Positions 39,001 to 50,632 of a stretch of 64,000 bases of DNA are shown piece by piece. The stretch lies in contig CM119372.1 of NCBI GenBank assembly GCA_051294905.1, positions 26,538,001 through 26,602,000 on the forward strand, in the 5' to 3' direction. Each line of letters starts with the position of its first letter. Positions within the stretch are counted from its first letter, which is position 1. The position numbers and the translations under genes were made by a program. Source of the stretch: Botryllus schlosseri (Eukaryota). Below the pieces are notes generated by a model. That model was not told the DNA's origin and searched no databases. It saw nothing but the letters and a program-made list of their open reading frames with translations.

Positions 39001-42000
39001 GCATTCGACGTTTGCAGACGGAATTAACTTATATTCGCATTATTACATACCAACTCGTCGACAGGTATAATTCGCAAGGCCTAAAATGCTATACAGCAAT
39101 ATTCGGGTTTAGGACCGCCAATGACCTATTCAAATAATATAATAGCAACACTAAAAATGGGACTCATAAACTCTAAATTCTTACCTGGTACTTGCATTGA
39201 CAGTACGAGAGCTTCTAGCTATCGATGGTGAACGCATAGCCATGGCAGTGAATGGAATAACCTAACAGTTCGGAATACTGTATCCAGAGTTGTCCTATCT
39301 TACGATAACTGTTCTAGATGTAATGGTAAATGTAGACCACATATCAGCGACGATTTGTGATACATACGCATGACCTATTTCTATATGTACACATCGCACC
39401 ATTTAACATACAGCTCGTACCACGGGCAAACACTAAGTAATGGGAACGTGTAGGCCGTTTCAATACATAAAACCCACAAAGATACAAACGATTGCATTAA
39501 CTCATACCGAAATAATTTGCCCACGCTTATTTGTACTGTACAGGCATCATTCTAAATGTCAGACAGCACTGGAAAGTTCACAACAGCATCATTCGTATCT
39601 TCCGTGTATTACAACGATGTTGGAACACCTATTTTCTGACTTGCGCTTACATTTACATTTACGTATCATTTAACATACTTTGTTCACGAAAGGATCTAGT
39701 AGCGAGGACTCGTTCATTCACTATGCCAAACACTACAATCCCAAGTCAATAATAGCTACACAGTACACACGCACTACTGAAAACTTTCGTCAGGCTACTG
39801 GATAGGCGACAGCGTCTAGAATAAAATCGCGTTCAACTCTATGCAATTACATTTTCCCTACCGCAGCTGGCTATCGCTAACATCTCATCGCAAATATGCT
39901 TACCTCTCATCAAAAATGGATAAGGATATCGCATCAAATAAAGTAAATGAGTCGTGAGAAATAGGCGCAAGCGCAAATTACGCTAGAATTGCTGAAACTC
40001 GTACTACAACACACGACAGGCTTGTCGTCACTAAACCATGACGACTGACCAGAGGTCTCGAGACAACATCACGCTTTTGAATATGACATCACCAGTCTCT
40101 CATTGTCAGTAGCTTCATTGATAGAGTGGTCACAACAACAGATGCGCCCCGCACACAAAGAACTGTCATGAATTACTCAACAATTGCCGTATCAACTCGA
40201 ATTTATGCCGCCCGCGTTGTATGCCAGACTACCCCGCCATCAACAGTTAAAGTTATTAAGTACATGCTCGAAAACGAGAATTTAATCGAAGTTAAGCTTT
40301 AACAAGTGGAATCGGTAAAACTGGAATTGTATCGCAGCAACGCATACGTTAAGTCGAATTCCCGAGAGGATATATAAAGATATGACTACAGTTTCAGCTT
40401 GGAGCTACGTTTCCGTAATTCTGTTGGCGCAATGATGACTCTCTTGACGCTATCGAATTGTAAACTCTGAGTAAGTACGAGCAAGGTTCAAAGAACAAGA
40501 CTGCGAATAGTTCAGCAATTACGTCCTTCAAAATACTTTGTCCGCATGAATAAAAGTAAAACAAGGTCGTAAAATATTAAAGATACAATATTGAGCCACG
40601 TAATTGTCACGATAAGTAATTGTCACTTGGTAAATACTGGAACAATCTTTATGACTTCAGAGATGCCAAGTTGTAAGTTGGATTTGCATAAATGCCTAGA
40701 CATACTGATTTGCTTTCTAGTTTTACACGTGAACAAATGACAAATCATAAAATAATAACTTAGGCTTACAACACCATAGAAAAATATGTAGACGGGGTAG
40801 AGCGAATGTGACACCAGCTGACCTATGAAGGACAAGTCGCATATATTTTATCAGGGATATCTAGATATCCCTGATATTTATAAGGCAAAAACAGACTGAC
40901 CTGACTAAAAGGAGTTGGCACAACATAACATATCATAGTTTGTAGATGATACTGTCAGCTACCGTTCTGCGATACACGTGAAACATGAGACAAGTGTCTA
41001 CCAGATTACGTCACGATCTCGGCAACTCATATCGACTTTGTACGAAAGGTTATATTCAACAAGATGGGTCAGGCGTGGATATATTTAGATGTTCAAAAAT
41101 ATCTCCAAATTGAACGCAGGGCGCACCTCGGACTAAGGGTGTGTCAACAAAAGGAGTTCGCGTACAATCTAAAAATAATAAATTGAACGCTCTCTTATAT
41201 GAAATTTCATGCTGGTCATGTGGTCAATGTCATATTCTGTGATCCGGTTGTTGATATACAATGTTCTTTCCAATTCTCTACTAGTTGCTGACGATTACCC
41301 CTCCTGGGGAGTATCAGCCGAAAATATTCGGGGTAATTTCTATATGAAAATAAATATTCGGGGTAATTTCTATATGAAAATACTATAACAAAAACGGAGC
41401 GCTAATTCCGCAGAATATTCCCCTATATCGTATATAGAACTGTAGACAGCTAAGTGAGGACGGTGCCCCAAAAGTGGGGATCAAGTAGGTTTTGAACGGG
41501 CCACAGCTGGATTTCGAAAATAAGACTTATCTCAGGAGGTATTGTCTTATTTTCATAACATTATTCCTACCCAAAACAGCTTAATAACGCCGATTTATTC
41601 GCATTGTTAAATCAAGTCGATGTACAATAGGGCAGGGGTGAACAAACTTTGCCACGAGTTACCCAACGAAGGTAGATTTACGGAGTAATAAGGTTACCAA
41701 GCTGAAAGCATCCTTGACGGAACTGCTCCACACTGCTTCGACGTCAAATTAGCCTGATTTCAAACACCTTGTCGTACAGGAATGGGAGCACCGAATCACC
41801 ACATAATAGTCAACTTCATTCGATAAGCCTACATCGTCGCAGTGGAATCAAAGTCACTTGTGTCCATTTTACATATTTTTAGAAAATCGACTTTATGTAA
41901 AATTTTCATCTTCTATCAGTCAAATATTGGTACTGATCTTGAATTATTGAAACAGACATAACCATGGCCAAGAGATGGCCGAAAAAATTTGAACGATTTT

Positions 42001-45000
42001 CAAAAACTGATTTTATTTCACGTTTTAAAAATGGACCATCAAAAATTGAAAACTGGACATTAGTCACTTTGATTCCACTGCGACGACATTTCATTGCGAA
42101 ACAGTAACTTCTTCATTTTGAATTTTTGTATTGTTGCTCATATATAACTTATTTTTGATATGAGGCTCGAGCATGAAGCCGGTCTGCCCACCTCTGCCAT
42201 AGGGTAACAGATGATAACTGATACAAGTCAATTATACCCTCCCTATAAACAGTGTAATGCGATGAAGTGATGCGAATATATAGTGCATATAGTGCGCGCT
42301 CACGGCTCAGAAATAAAATTGAATTGCTACCGATGGAGCGTGCCCTACGGTAGGGAGACTCAAATTTGCAGTTGCAGCATTTCGTAACTGACATTCTATG
42401 CGCCTTCGAAGCTTATCTATGCTCCACCTTGCTCATGTTGTAAATAAAACTGGTCGTAGTGTGCTATGGGTGACGATTGACAACTAAATTCGTGCTTAGG
42501 CCCTTCACCGTCGACAAGGCCAGTCGACAATTCCATCACTTACCCACTCACCATCGACGCTAGATGGCTGTCGAGGGTCGTGTACTGTAGCGATAGCTTA
42601 TAAACAATCGCCTGGGTAATAATTCCGATTGGTGCGTCTACCTCACCTTGCAACGAATTTGCAACGAATATTAACCATTTAAATGTGAGTTTAGAAGAAA
42701 ATGGGTTCGTAATGTGCGACATGCCGAATGAATTGAGTGAAAAGTATGTTGGCCGTGTTTCTTTTCCTACAAGATCTACAGAAAACAACACGAGTCACGA
42801 CATACGGTACAGTTTTCCGGAACTAGGAAGCAAGGGAGAACTTCGGTTTCGTAGCAGGACGTGCTACAAAACTACCTAATCCTTGATGATTTTCTGATCG
42901 TGGGCCATCTGTCACAACAAACGAGCTCCTGCCGGAATAAACGCGAAAACGCTGCCGATCACCCACACAGGCATATAAAACGCATTACAGAATCCATATG
43001 TGGTAAATAATAGGGATGGTGTGAACCTCTGAAAGGTTCAGGTTCGTGTGAACGCGAACCTTTTTGAAAGGTTCTGTGTGAACGCGAACGTGAGCCTCAT
43101 GACGTCACGTGACGTCATATTGCTAATTCCAACCCTACACTTCAGTGAAGTGATAACCTATATTAATGTACAAGTACACGATACCTAGCCACGACTCGGA
43201 CCACATAATGCCACAATGTTGAAGTACATATTGACGTTTTAAATGTCGCCAAATGTATCAACTGGGACATTCAAATGAGATAATAATCCCATAAAATCAA
43301 TATTGCTGCTGTAATCGTCGTAAACTCGAAATCAATTACGATTACAATTCACGATTACTCTATGTTTAGCGAAATATCTATGATCTTCGAAATCGAACCG
43401 CGACCGCTTCGAACCGGATTACAACATCCCCGCCCAAATCGAAATACTGGTTGCACATAAAAATGCTTGGGTTTATACCTATGAGCGAGTACAGCAGGGG
43501 CGGGTAACTTCTCCAGTCGGCGGGCCGAATATAGGAAAATTAAGTAGGCCTACTTGGCGGGCCGGTTTGCTGACTCGATAATTATTCCCCCATTTATTCA
43601 CATATATAAGGAATAAATCGTATTTAATGAATGTATTTTAGCATTGTCATACAGGCGCCGCCATGTCTGCTTCTCTCTGATCAATTAACACACTGTGCAA
43701 TCCTTAATCAAGATTTCAAGGTGCCACAAATTTACCAAGATAGTCATTAGGATTGAGTACATGGTAAATGCCGATAATGCAAGTAATCTCGCTCCGACAA
43801 ACTTACGCGTAAGCTTCACTCTAGCACGCTGCGCACACACGTATATAATCACATAAAGTCACCAAAATTTGACGTTTAAGCAAGTAGTGGGAATCTCGGC
43901 AGACTGGAGCCGCGGGCCATATTATCACGTAAGACGGGAAACTGTCCGCGGGCCTGACAAAATCCGGTCGCGGGCCGTATGTTGCCCGTCCCCGGAGTAC
44001 AGTGTACTGTACGTACACAAACACATACACATAATCGACTCTTTCTCATACTATATTTATATGTCTTAGATTCGTTTGGAAATGCCCGATTCGAATCGCG
44101 TAATACCAAAATAATTTGATACGATTTCGCATTAGCGATTCATATTGCTCATCCTAAAGATCGGATCTCTGTTTAATCGGGTATCATACGGAAAACATCC
44201 ATCTGATATTTATATTATTCGATCACATCCAGCGCGATTGAAATAGATTCGAATGCGATTACATCGAATAACTTCGCAGTGACCGGAATCAATTCGAATC
44301 ACAATTTGCAGAGTGCACTGTGCACGTGCATTGGACGCTGTCAATCATAATGAACGTAAACATGAAATTCCATAGTGAAATACCAAGAACTTCGTGCCAC
44401 ATTATATCCAATATATACCAGCAACATGTTGACGTCTCATGATTCGATATATGAAAAACCCACAGGTCTGAAATTAGGTAAAGAAATCTACTCACTCGGG
44501 CGTGTCGTCAGCTTTCTGATCTCGCTCCAGCTTGCTAAAGTCGGGCGCCGATATAGATTTGGATACGGACCTCGCTAGAGCGTCGAATGACTCTTTTCTC
44601 TTCACTCTGAAATGTAGTGACGACGGGCGGTGTTAATAACTTCAAGCCGGCATTATCATCTGCTGGGTAAGAGGTCGGTTGAATAGATTGAATGAGATGA
44701 TAGCATCAACAAGGCATGACAACGAAAGCACTTGACAGCGCGCGAGGCAACAGTGCTTGGCGCCAAATTGCGTATAATGCACAAAACGCCGCGCAAGTCC
44801 ATATGCGTAGCAAGCATGTTGACAGAAAAGGTATTGGCTGGTGAAACTAAAAGCGCCTTTAGCACCCAATGCCAATATATTAACTTGGTCGCTGTGACAT
44901 CATCTGTCATCATTATGCTCGAATGAATCCATGACGACGCGTTTGGGCGCGGAGAAAAAAATAAAATTACACTTTTCAAATTGGGCCTGCATTTTCTAAT

Positions 45001-47922
45001 TTCCTATATGCTCATGAATAGGTGCTGCAACTGCAGATAAATGTTATTTAGGAGCATGATCGACGTAAGCTTTCCATATTCTCGGTACCGAAACTGTTGA
45101 TATATTAGGGCGGGTTTGCCCAATACCTACTGACACGGCCCTAAAAATTGTCTCGGTTCATCTATCACAAAATTACCATACACTATTTCGCAATCCACCC
45201 TCAACATTTTGGGCAGCGACGTACAGTACATTCAACGGCACTTGTCTTACATAAGCCGGCTTCCATTTATGGTACGCAGAGCTGATTGATTTGAGGACTC
45301 TGGTGTTTTATGATGTTCTGTACTTCTGTGTGATCCGCGATGATCAAAATCCGGAAAGCCCCGGGTAAAAGATAAGAAGTGACTGACCGAAGCTTGGATG
45401 AACGCCCCAAGCCAGGACAAACACGGGACCTCCTCAATTGTATTCATCTTTTATAGCATGTTTTGAGAATATGTCGTATGGGTTGTAAGCTTGTAAATCG
45501 CAGACTCAGGCAAATAGAAGTTTTTAGTTTTTCGAATTAAATTAGAATTTCAGCTACAACGTTGCATCAAAATTAGAGTATAATTAGAATTATAGCTTCA
45601 CGCTTATTTGCTAATTAAATTTAAATTAGAACAATGGTATATTTTGTTAAAAATTAGATTAGAATTAGAATTACTGAATTCGTGAAAATTTGGAGATTGA
45701 ATCAAGTGCAGTTAGTATAAAATCATAGTTCCCTCTTGGGAGCATGCTGTTAGCAAATGTATGTACGTACAGCAAGCTTGCATGGCTCGTTTCGCACTGT
45801 ACAGTTCTCATATAGCATTTACCAGAGGTGGTCAGTAACGAAGTACTTCTACTTTTTCGAAGTACTCAAGTAGTTTCCCTCTACTTCTGGTACTTACTCA
45901 AGTAGATCTGATTTTCGCTACTTCCACTTCTACGTCGTAAAATTTTGTGATCTACTTACTTACTTTTCGCTATTTTCAGTTTGTCAAGTAGAAGTAGTTG
46001 AATTTTCCAACCAGGAAGATAGCCTGAGCAATTTCGGGGATGTTTTCACGGAGTAACAACATTTAATTTTCACAAAAGTTTAGTAAAGCCTAGAATTTTC
46101 GTCGCGCTTGGCGCGCAGTGGATACGGAGTAACCAGTATGATTTCGCGAAAGTATCGGTAAATATAATTTAGGTAGCGGGTTGGCGTGGTTCCGTTCACA
46201 CCACATTGTCGCCCTTCGCCTATGTGATATATTCCATGGTTGCCCGACATATGAGCATGCGACACATTGGAAAACGACAGTTCAGCATGGAACACATCAG
46301 CATGCGTCACTTCAGCATGAGACTGTATAACCCAAAAACTTACCCTAACCCGAAACATAGCCTAACCTAACCTAACCTAGCCTAACCTAACCTAAACCCT
46401 AACCCTAACCCAACCATAAACGTAACCTAACCTACCCCTAACCCGTAATTTAACCCACATGCTCATGTGTCGCATGCCAAATTGTCGCATGCCAAAGCGT
46501 CGCATGCTGTAATGTCGCATGCTCATATGTCCACGGACCATATTCCATCACAGTATATATGGCTCATCACAACGTTTGAAACTGATGTTTCGCAATCTAG
46601 CATTTACTTATCATATCGAAATCTAGCATGTCCATTGTCCATGGCGTGTCCTAATCTGGAAAAGTGGACTCCGACTTTTTTTTAGTTTTAGAGCTGTTTT
46701 ATCATACCACCTTTGAAACTTTCTGGACTAAAGACATGAAATGCATGTTCCGCTTTTAGAAGTAGTATTTATATTTCACTTTCAATTCCCAGTATCATAT
46801 ACTTTGAGTTCATATTAATATCTGTTCCTTTGTCTGGATAACATACATGTTGAAGTATAAAAGCAAGTGTAGTAATGCCTTTAATTTCCGGAAATAAAGC
46901 TACACAATAAGGCATTTTTACGGTCAATCATATTTTTTATTAACGTTTACAAATCGCGTAAATTGTTTACACCGTACAACTTCTTCGTATTGCTCTTCGA
47001 CTAAACTACGGGCCTTATAATATGGGGGAGGGCGCCATACCATGAGATTTTCTAAAACGTGCTGTTTGAGAAAGCAGAGAATTAGTATCGCATTTACATA
47101 TCAATACTCTTATTTTCATCCCATGATGCGGACGAATGCGTATGCTGTCGAAAATTGGATACCTACTGGTATGCATCAATATGAATCGAGCTCGACACCT
47201 TTCGCATTGTTAAATTCGCCCACTTTTGACTGTCCATGTGAACGAATTAGGATCGTTTTCACAACTACTTACTTACTTGAGTAGATTTAAAGTCGGCCAA
47301 TTCTACTTCTACTTCAAGTAGTTTTAGGTAGTACTTCTACTCGTACTTGAGTAGATTTTCTAATCGCTACTTCTACTTCTACTTGAGTAGCTTTCATGAC
47401 TACTTTGACCACCTCTGGCATTTACAGAGAAACCAGAAATTAGATTAGAATCAGAATCAGAGCAAACAGCAATTTACAAATTAGATTACCGGCATTTCGC
47501 TCTAATTAGTTTAATCAGACAACTAGAACTATATCTAGTCGTCGAAGTCCGCCTCACAGTCGGTCTAGGTCTAATAAAGAGAATCACGGGTGGTGAGTTT
47601 GCAAATCGGTTTGCCATACCATTTGCAAGCATCAGTTAGACTCTTGAAGCTCGCCTTAACCGCTTGTATAGTCTGCAGGTGAAGCGAAATCTCGCGCAAG
47701 AGGTAAACAACTAAACATAACTCACCGCCCTTTCAAAGTATTGCAAGGACTACGAGACGGGGACCTAGAATACGTCGACACGATTCTTCCGTTGCGACCT
47801 GCACACAGAGGCTCGCCCGCTTTCGGGGACACCCTACGACTGGGCGACATTGCCACACTGAACGGCCTAGGACTCTGTAGAGAAGCGGCCCTCGCGTTGA
47901 TTCTTAAAGCTTCAGTCGCCAT
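17844..47922 (-). CDS. Multi-exon NHL-repeat (six-bladed beta-propeller) protein, TRIM2/3-like NHL domain with a low-complexity N-terminus, ~447 aa
   Basis: Join on the minus strand: 47922-47726, 45325-45251, 44606-44496, 42863-42806, 42584-42552, 29795-29727, 29006-28809, 27421-27283, 25118-24958, 19527-19394, 18012-17844 = 1344 nt. The join is open, all introns are GT-AG and phases match. NHL blades such as GVAVDSQDNIIVTD and GVCTDCDDNVVVADMWNDRISVY. The last five exons are more certain than the link to the first six. Confidence 0.8.
19394..19527 (-). CDS. NHL gene exon 10 (VFDTDNKLIRTFGERGNGDGELDMVYGVCTDCDDNVVVADMWNDR)
   Basis: Acceptor tggcag|, donor AG|GTGATA, FGxxGxGDGEL NHL signature. 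Confidence 0.92.
20566..22411. mobile_element. Nested hAT MITE containing a family C fragment (20632-21120) and a LINE fragment
   Basis: TIR cagtggttcccaa/ttgggaaccactg, perfect TSD tgctagat. Confidence 0.9.
21121..22060 (+). mobile_element. CR1-group (L2/Crack-like) LINE 3' fragment: ORF2 C-terminus plus 3'UTR
   Basis: KYLGV..D..MSGKSHI, LQYGIHCWG, SIKYAGPDVWNSIP..IR..STFKSKYKQLLLSEY* with frameshifts; stop at 21805; stem-loop gggtgtc...gacaccc. Confidence 0.92.
22879..23166. mobile_element. Small TIR element with ~15-bp subterminal repeats and GG...CC ends
   Basis: ccaatacc...aaaccattaccgagaatg is inverted at cattctcggtaatggttttctcggtattgg; possible 6-bp TSD tttagg/ttgagg. Confidence 0.65.
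24037..24818 (+). mobile_element. hAT MITE family A, complete copy
   Basis: TIR cagtggttctc/gagaaccactg; TSD decayed. Confidence 0.85.
24958..25118 (-). CDS. NHL gene exon 9 (GEIIATDSDSDCVKII...GVAVDSQDNIIVTDWRHTIR)
   Basis: Acceptor tttttttag|, donor CGG|GTATGT, classic NHL motif. Confidence 0.92.
27283..27421 (-). CDS. NHL gene exon 8 (IAETPEGNIAIACINSVTVWTKEGKLL...VAVRST)
   Basis: Acceptor attacag|, donor G|GTACCC phase 1, NHL blade pattern. Confidence 0.9.
28809..29006 (-). CDS. NHL gene exon 7, first blade (FFLAQRCLVNPDPIYGVYMNKNGEMY...FQPFQ)
   Basis: Acceptor acaacag|, donor CAG|GTATGC; part of track ORF 28761..29069. Confidence 0.85.
29727..29795 (-). CDS. NHL gene exon 6 (ASKDSHDASVEQRVNVEDDTKFE)
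   Basis: Acceptor tactcag|, donor GAG|GTATGT, phase 0 to 0. Confidence 0.7.
32348..32635. mobile_element. Small hAT MITE
   Basis: TIR cagggtatcaaac/gttcgagacccctg, TSD atctacgc/atcgacga. Confidence 0.65.
34172..34754 (+). mobile_element. Deleted hAT (Charlie/Buster-like) with a decayed hATC remnant
   Basis: TIR cagtgattgccaa/ttgggaaccactg; YSWLCE..S...DDKIRIGLS remnant at 34540-34660. Confidence 0.65.
36138..37212 (+). mobile_element. Internally deleted hAT (SPIN/GTF2IRD2-like) retaining the transposase C-terminus
   Basis: TIR caggggtcaccaac/gttggtgacccctg, perfect TSD tgttagac; FGSTYRCESAFADMNLIKNKYRTELT...SH-like end (hATC dimerisation motif) at ~36880-37080. Confidence 0.92.
37622..37975. 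mobile_element. Non-palindromic relative of the foldback MITE (single end)
   Basis: Begins tagggctcttcaaaaa after ttgtacat and is collinear with one foldback arm; matches 1-133. Confidence 0.7.
41834..42087. mobile_element. Small MITE-like element with ~35-bp inverted repeats
   Basis: tcgtcgcagtggaatcaaagt.act..tgtcca is inverted at 42055-42087. Confidence 0.6.
42552..42584 (-). CDS. NHL gene exon 5, 33 nt (YTTLDSHLASM)
   Basis: Acceptor gctacag|, donor ATG|GTGAGT, phase 0 to 0. Confidence 0.55.
42806..42863 (-). CDS. NHL gene exon 4 (TSCYETEVLPCFLVPENCT)
   Basis: Acceptor gttttgtag|, donor ACC|GTATGT; supplies the needed phase 2 to 0 change. Confidence 0.55.
43495..43994. mobile_element. 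hAT MITE (within an older element starting near 43011)
   Basis: TIR caggggcgggtaac/gttgcccgtccccg, perfect TSD gagtacag. Confidence 0.85.
44496..44606 (-). CDS. NHL gene exon 3 (VKRKESFDALARSVSKSISAPDFSKLERDQKADDTP)
   Basis: Acceptor catttcag|, donor GA|GTGAGT, phase 2 to 2, open. Confidence 0.75.
45251..45325 (-). CDS. NHL gene exon 2 (STEHHKTPESSNQSALRTINGSRL)
   Basis: Acceptor cacacag|, donor AT|GTAAGA, phase 2 to 2, open. Confidence 0.6.
45823..47417. mobile_element. Non-autonomous hAT with TACTT subterminal repeats
   Basis: TIR cagaggtggtca/tgaccacctctg, perfect TSD gcatttac. Confidence 0.92.
46238..46539. mobile_element. Mutator-like foldback MITE with internal (CCTAA)n/(TAACCC)n repeats
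   Basis: 9-bp TSD atattccat, GG...CC ends, gacatatgagcatgcgaca inverted repeat, 15-bp gcatg units. Confidence 0.85.
47726..47922 (-). CDS. NHL gene coding exon 1 (MATEALRINARAASLQSPRP...NTLKGR)
   Basis: ATG in context accgATGG, in-frame TAA upstream, acceptor ccttacag near 48040 (5'UTR part), donor CG|GTGAGT phase 2. Confidence 0.7.
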
Positions 47923-50632
47923 CGGTGTTACGTCTGTGTAGCTCAGTCTCCTTGCGCGCTCCAATTATATAATGCTTTGGTGTATCAGTATTAGCACCGT
48001 TACGTTAAGTTAAACAGATAGCACCTTGATGAATTTCCTCTGTAAGGCATAAACAAACAGCGCTCAACAGCAAACTACCAGCTGGCCTCAATAACATAAA
48101 TGACGCAGGCTCCCCGCACTTCTACGGTAACAACCACATTCAGAAAGCTTGCAAGTCCGCTGCACGCTACCTGTTGTGGGAAGATTGTTGGTATGATGCT
48201 GAAGGGAAAAACACCACAGCATTCTGTTAACGATGACTAGACTGGCAGTCATCCAGCTGATTGGTCACTATCATCATGATTTACGATGCTGATCGTTACC
48301 TTACGCGCAATGCTACGCACGCACAGCTGGACAAAATGCCAACAAATCAACACTGTCGATTTGTGTTACCTTGTTTCGATAACCTGTGATATGCTACTTT
48401 GCTGAGACCGATATGATTATAACAACCCTCATACATATTTAAGCCTACACATATTTATATAGAGCTAGAGAATAGCGCTTCTCTGGACCCACCAAAATTG
48501 GTCAGTCTATCTTTCAAGCAGCGGAAATGACGGAAATGCAAGCTGGCATGCTGTGCTATTCAACACCGAGCTCAACATCGCCGTGAATAATACTGCTACT
48601 CAAAAGGTATTCGTACTTCTGAACTATGCTCGGTAAATTGATGGAGTTACCAGCATGCGAACGGCTTATGTATAGGATGTTGCACTGTTGCACCTACGTG
48701 TCATAACTTGTTATCTCCGCTAATTCGCGTCTTTATAGACTTTTCCTACGGAGACTCATATCTCAACAGCCATAGGATGTACAAAGAGAATATGTTGTAT
48801 CTTATATCTGTCTACATATTCGATAGATAGTTATATATATATAGCAAACATAGCTCTACTCCGTCGAATCATGTCGTCCAGTGACTTGATAAAAACAGAC
48901 TTCATGCCAGAATAGATGCGAAATCTTGCATGTAGGACATGGAGAAAGTAACACTGATAAATGGGTCGCACTACCAACAACCTCCTAGACGCGTATTTAT
49001 TGTTTATAAATGGATCATTTGCCGACACTTTATACCCGGAAAGTTTTGCCTTGTACAATAACAGCAGTAGCTTGGATGAAGAGCCGTGACGTTGAATCCA
49101 CAATGATTTATTGAATAGATGTATAGTTGTATAATGTGCGTTTCTCCGTTTATACAAAGCCTAATTGACCGATGGTCGATGACACAATGTGTCCACAATT
49201 ACAACAAAGATAGAAGCCAACCACTCGTTGCTTTCAAAGAATTAATAATTGAACATAACTCAGACATAGGCACGACAAACAGCTGGTCTGCTATGCTAGC
49301 TCGAATTTCGAAATATCAGCTACTGCACTAATCGAACGATATTTCGTATATACAATTTCTATCGACAATGTATTGTCTGCAACTATAATATTATAAATAA
49401 ATCTTCATGATAGCTTGCGCCAATTTACCCCAATTAAATTTGATATAAATCTCACATTTCACGTTTCTTGTAGAATTCGATTACTCCTCTGGGGATTTTC
49501 TCATTACAGACTTCATACGTACAATATCACGAGTATGTAGTAAAACACTTTACCGACGAATACAATTACAAGCAATTATTGCGTCTAGTAGAGATGAAAT
49601 ATCCGTGAATTTAGGCAGTAGTATGTTCAAATTCTGGTATATTCAAATATATACATCAAACGCCATAAGCCCATAACGCATACATCTTAATTGGACTCTA
49701 GAATGACAAGCTGCTATCGACAAATGATGCGTAGATAAACGTAAATTCTAGGTGAGCAAAAACGTTTGTATGTATACTTATGTGTATAGCCTCAAATGTT
49801 AATATGCAAGATGCTTCAGCGTGTGTCGAGTTAATTATTTCGAACCTGTCACTGTATCGCTAATACTAGCACAGTATCTCACGGAATTACATTGCTTAAG
49901 AAATTTTTACGCAGTTAGCATAGAAATTCCTGTAGTTACACAGCATTGAGACATTATTTTGGAGCAATACATTTACCAAAGCCAAGTCTCCAAAGATAAT
50001 GGGATAATCACCCATTGCAATGGTTCAACGCGTATAACCCACGCTACATGGCGAGGCAACAACACGCAAAGCTACATAAACGGGACATTTAACATCTATG
50101 TGTCCATTTGTAATACCAATGTACCGAATACCGAATTTCTAGGGACTCTTGCAGTTCCTCTGTATCTAGAGTATTTTGATAGTTTCATAAAAGAACAAGG
50201 AATTCAAATCACCTTGTCATATACGGACTTCAATCATAGACTCATGCACGACCAAGGCGATTGAAAAGAATTATTTCATGTATTTCTTTTTTTGTAATAT
50301 CAAAAACATTAAGGCGAACTAATGTTACTATGAAGAATTTAATAGACGCTATCATACATATAATAATATATCATAAATATAATAAAAATACGCGTAGAAA
50401 CGTCCCTTTTTCGAAAGCCATTTTTTTTCGACTTGTCTCTATTTCAACCAGTAGCAGCGGCCGAATTACAATTTCAAACATTTTATAGAATAACAGTATT
50501 TGCGGTAGCTAATTTCGTCATTTCACTGTAACGAAACATCGTGTTACAGGCGTGTCTGTAGAGCGATTGATATTTTTTTGCACATGCTTACAACATGAGA
50601 ATGCCCTGGGATAGAGTTAGGGTAAATACATT

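Noticed and set aside
44468..44495. 28-nt GT-AG micro-intron after exon 3
   Set aside because: Implausibly short, and the downstream frame stops after about ten codons.
46340..46445. True telomere or chromosome-fusion scar
   Set aside because: Short, mixed-unit tract enclosed by TIRs and a 9-bp TSD.
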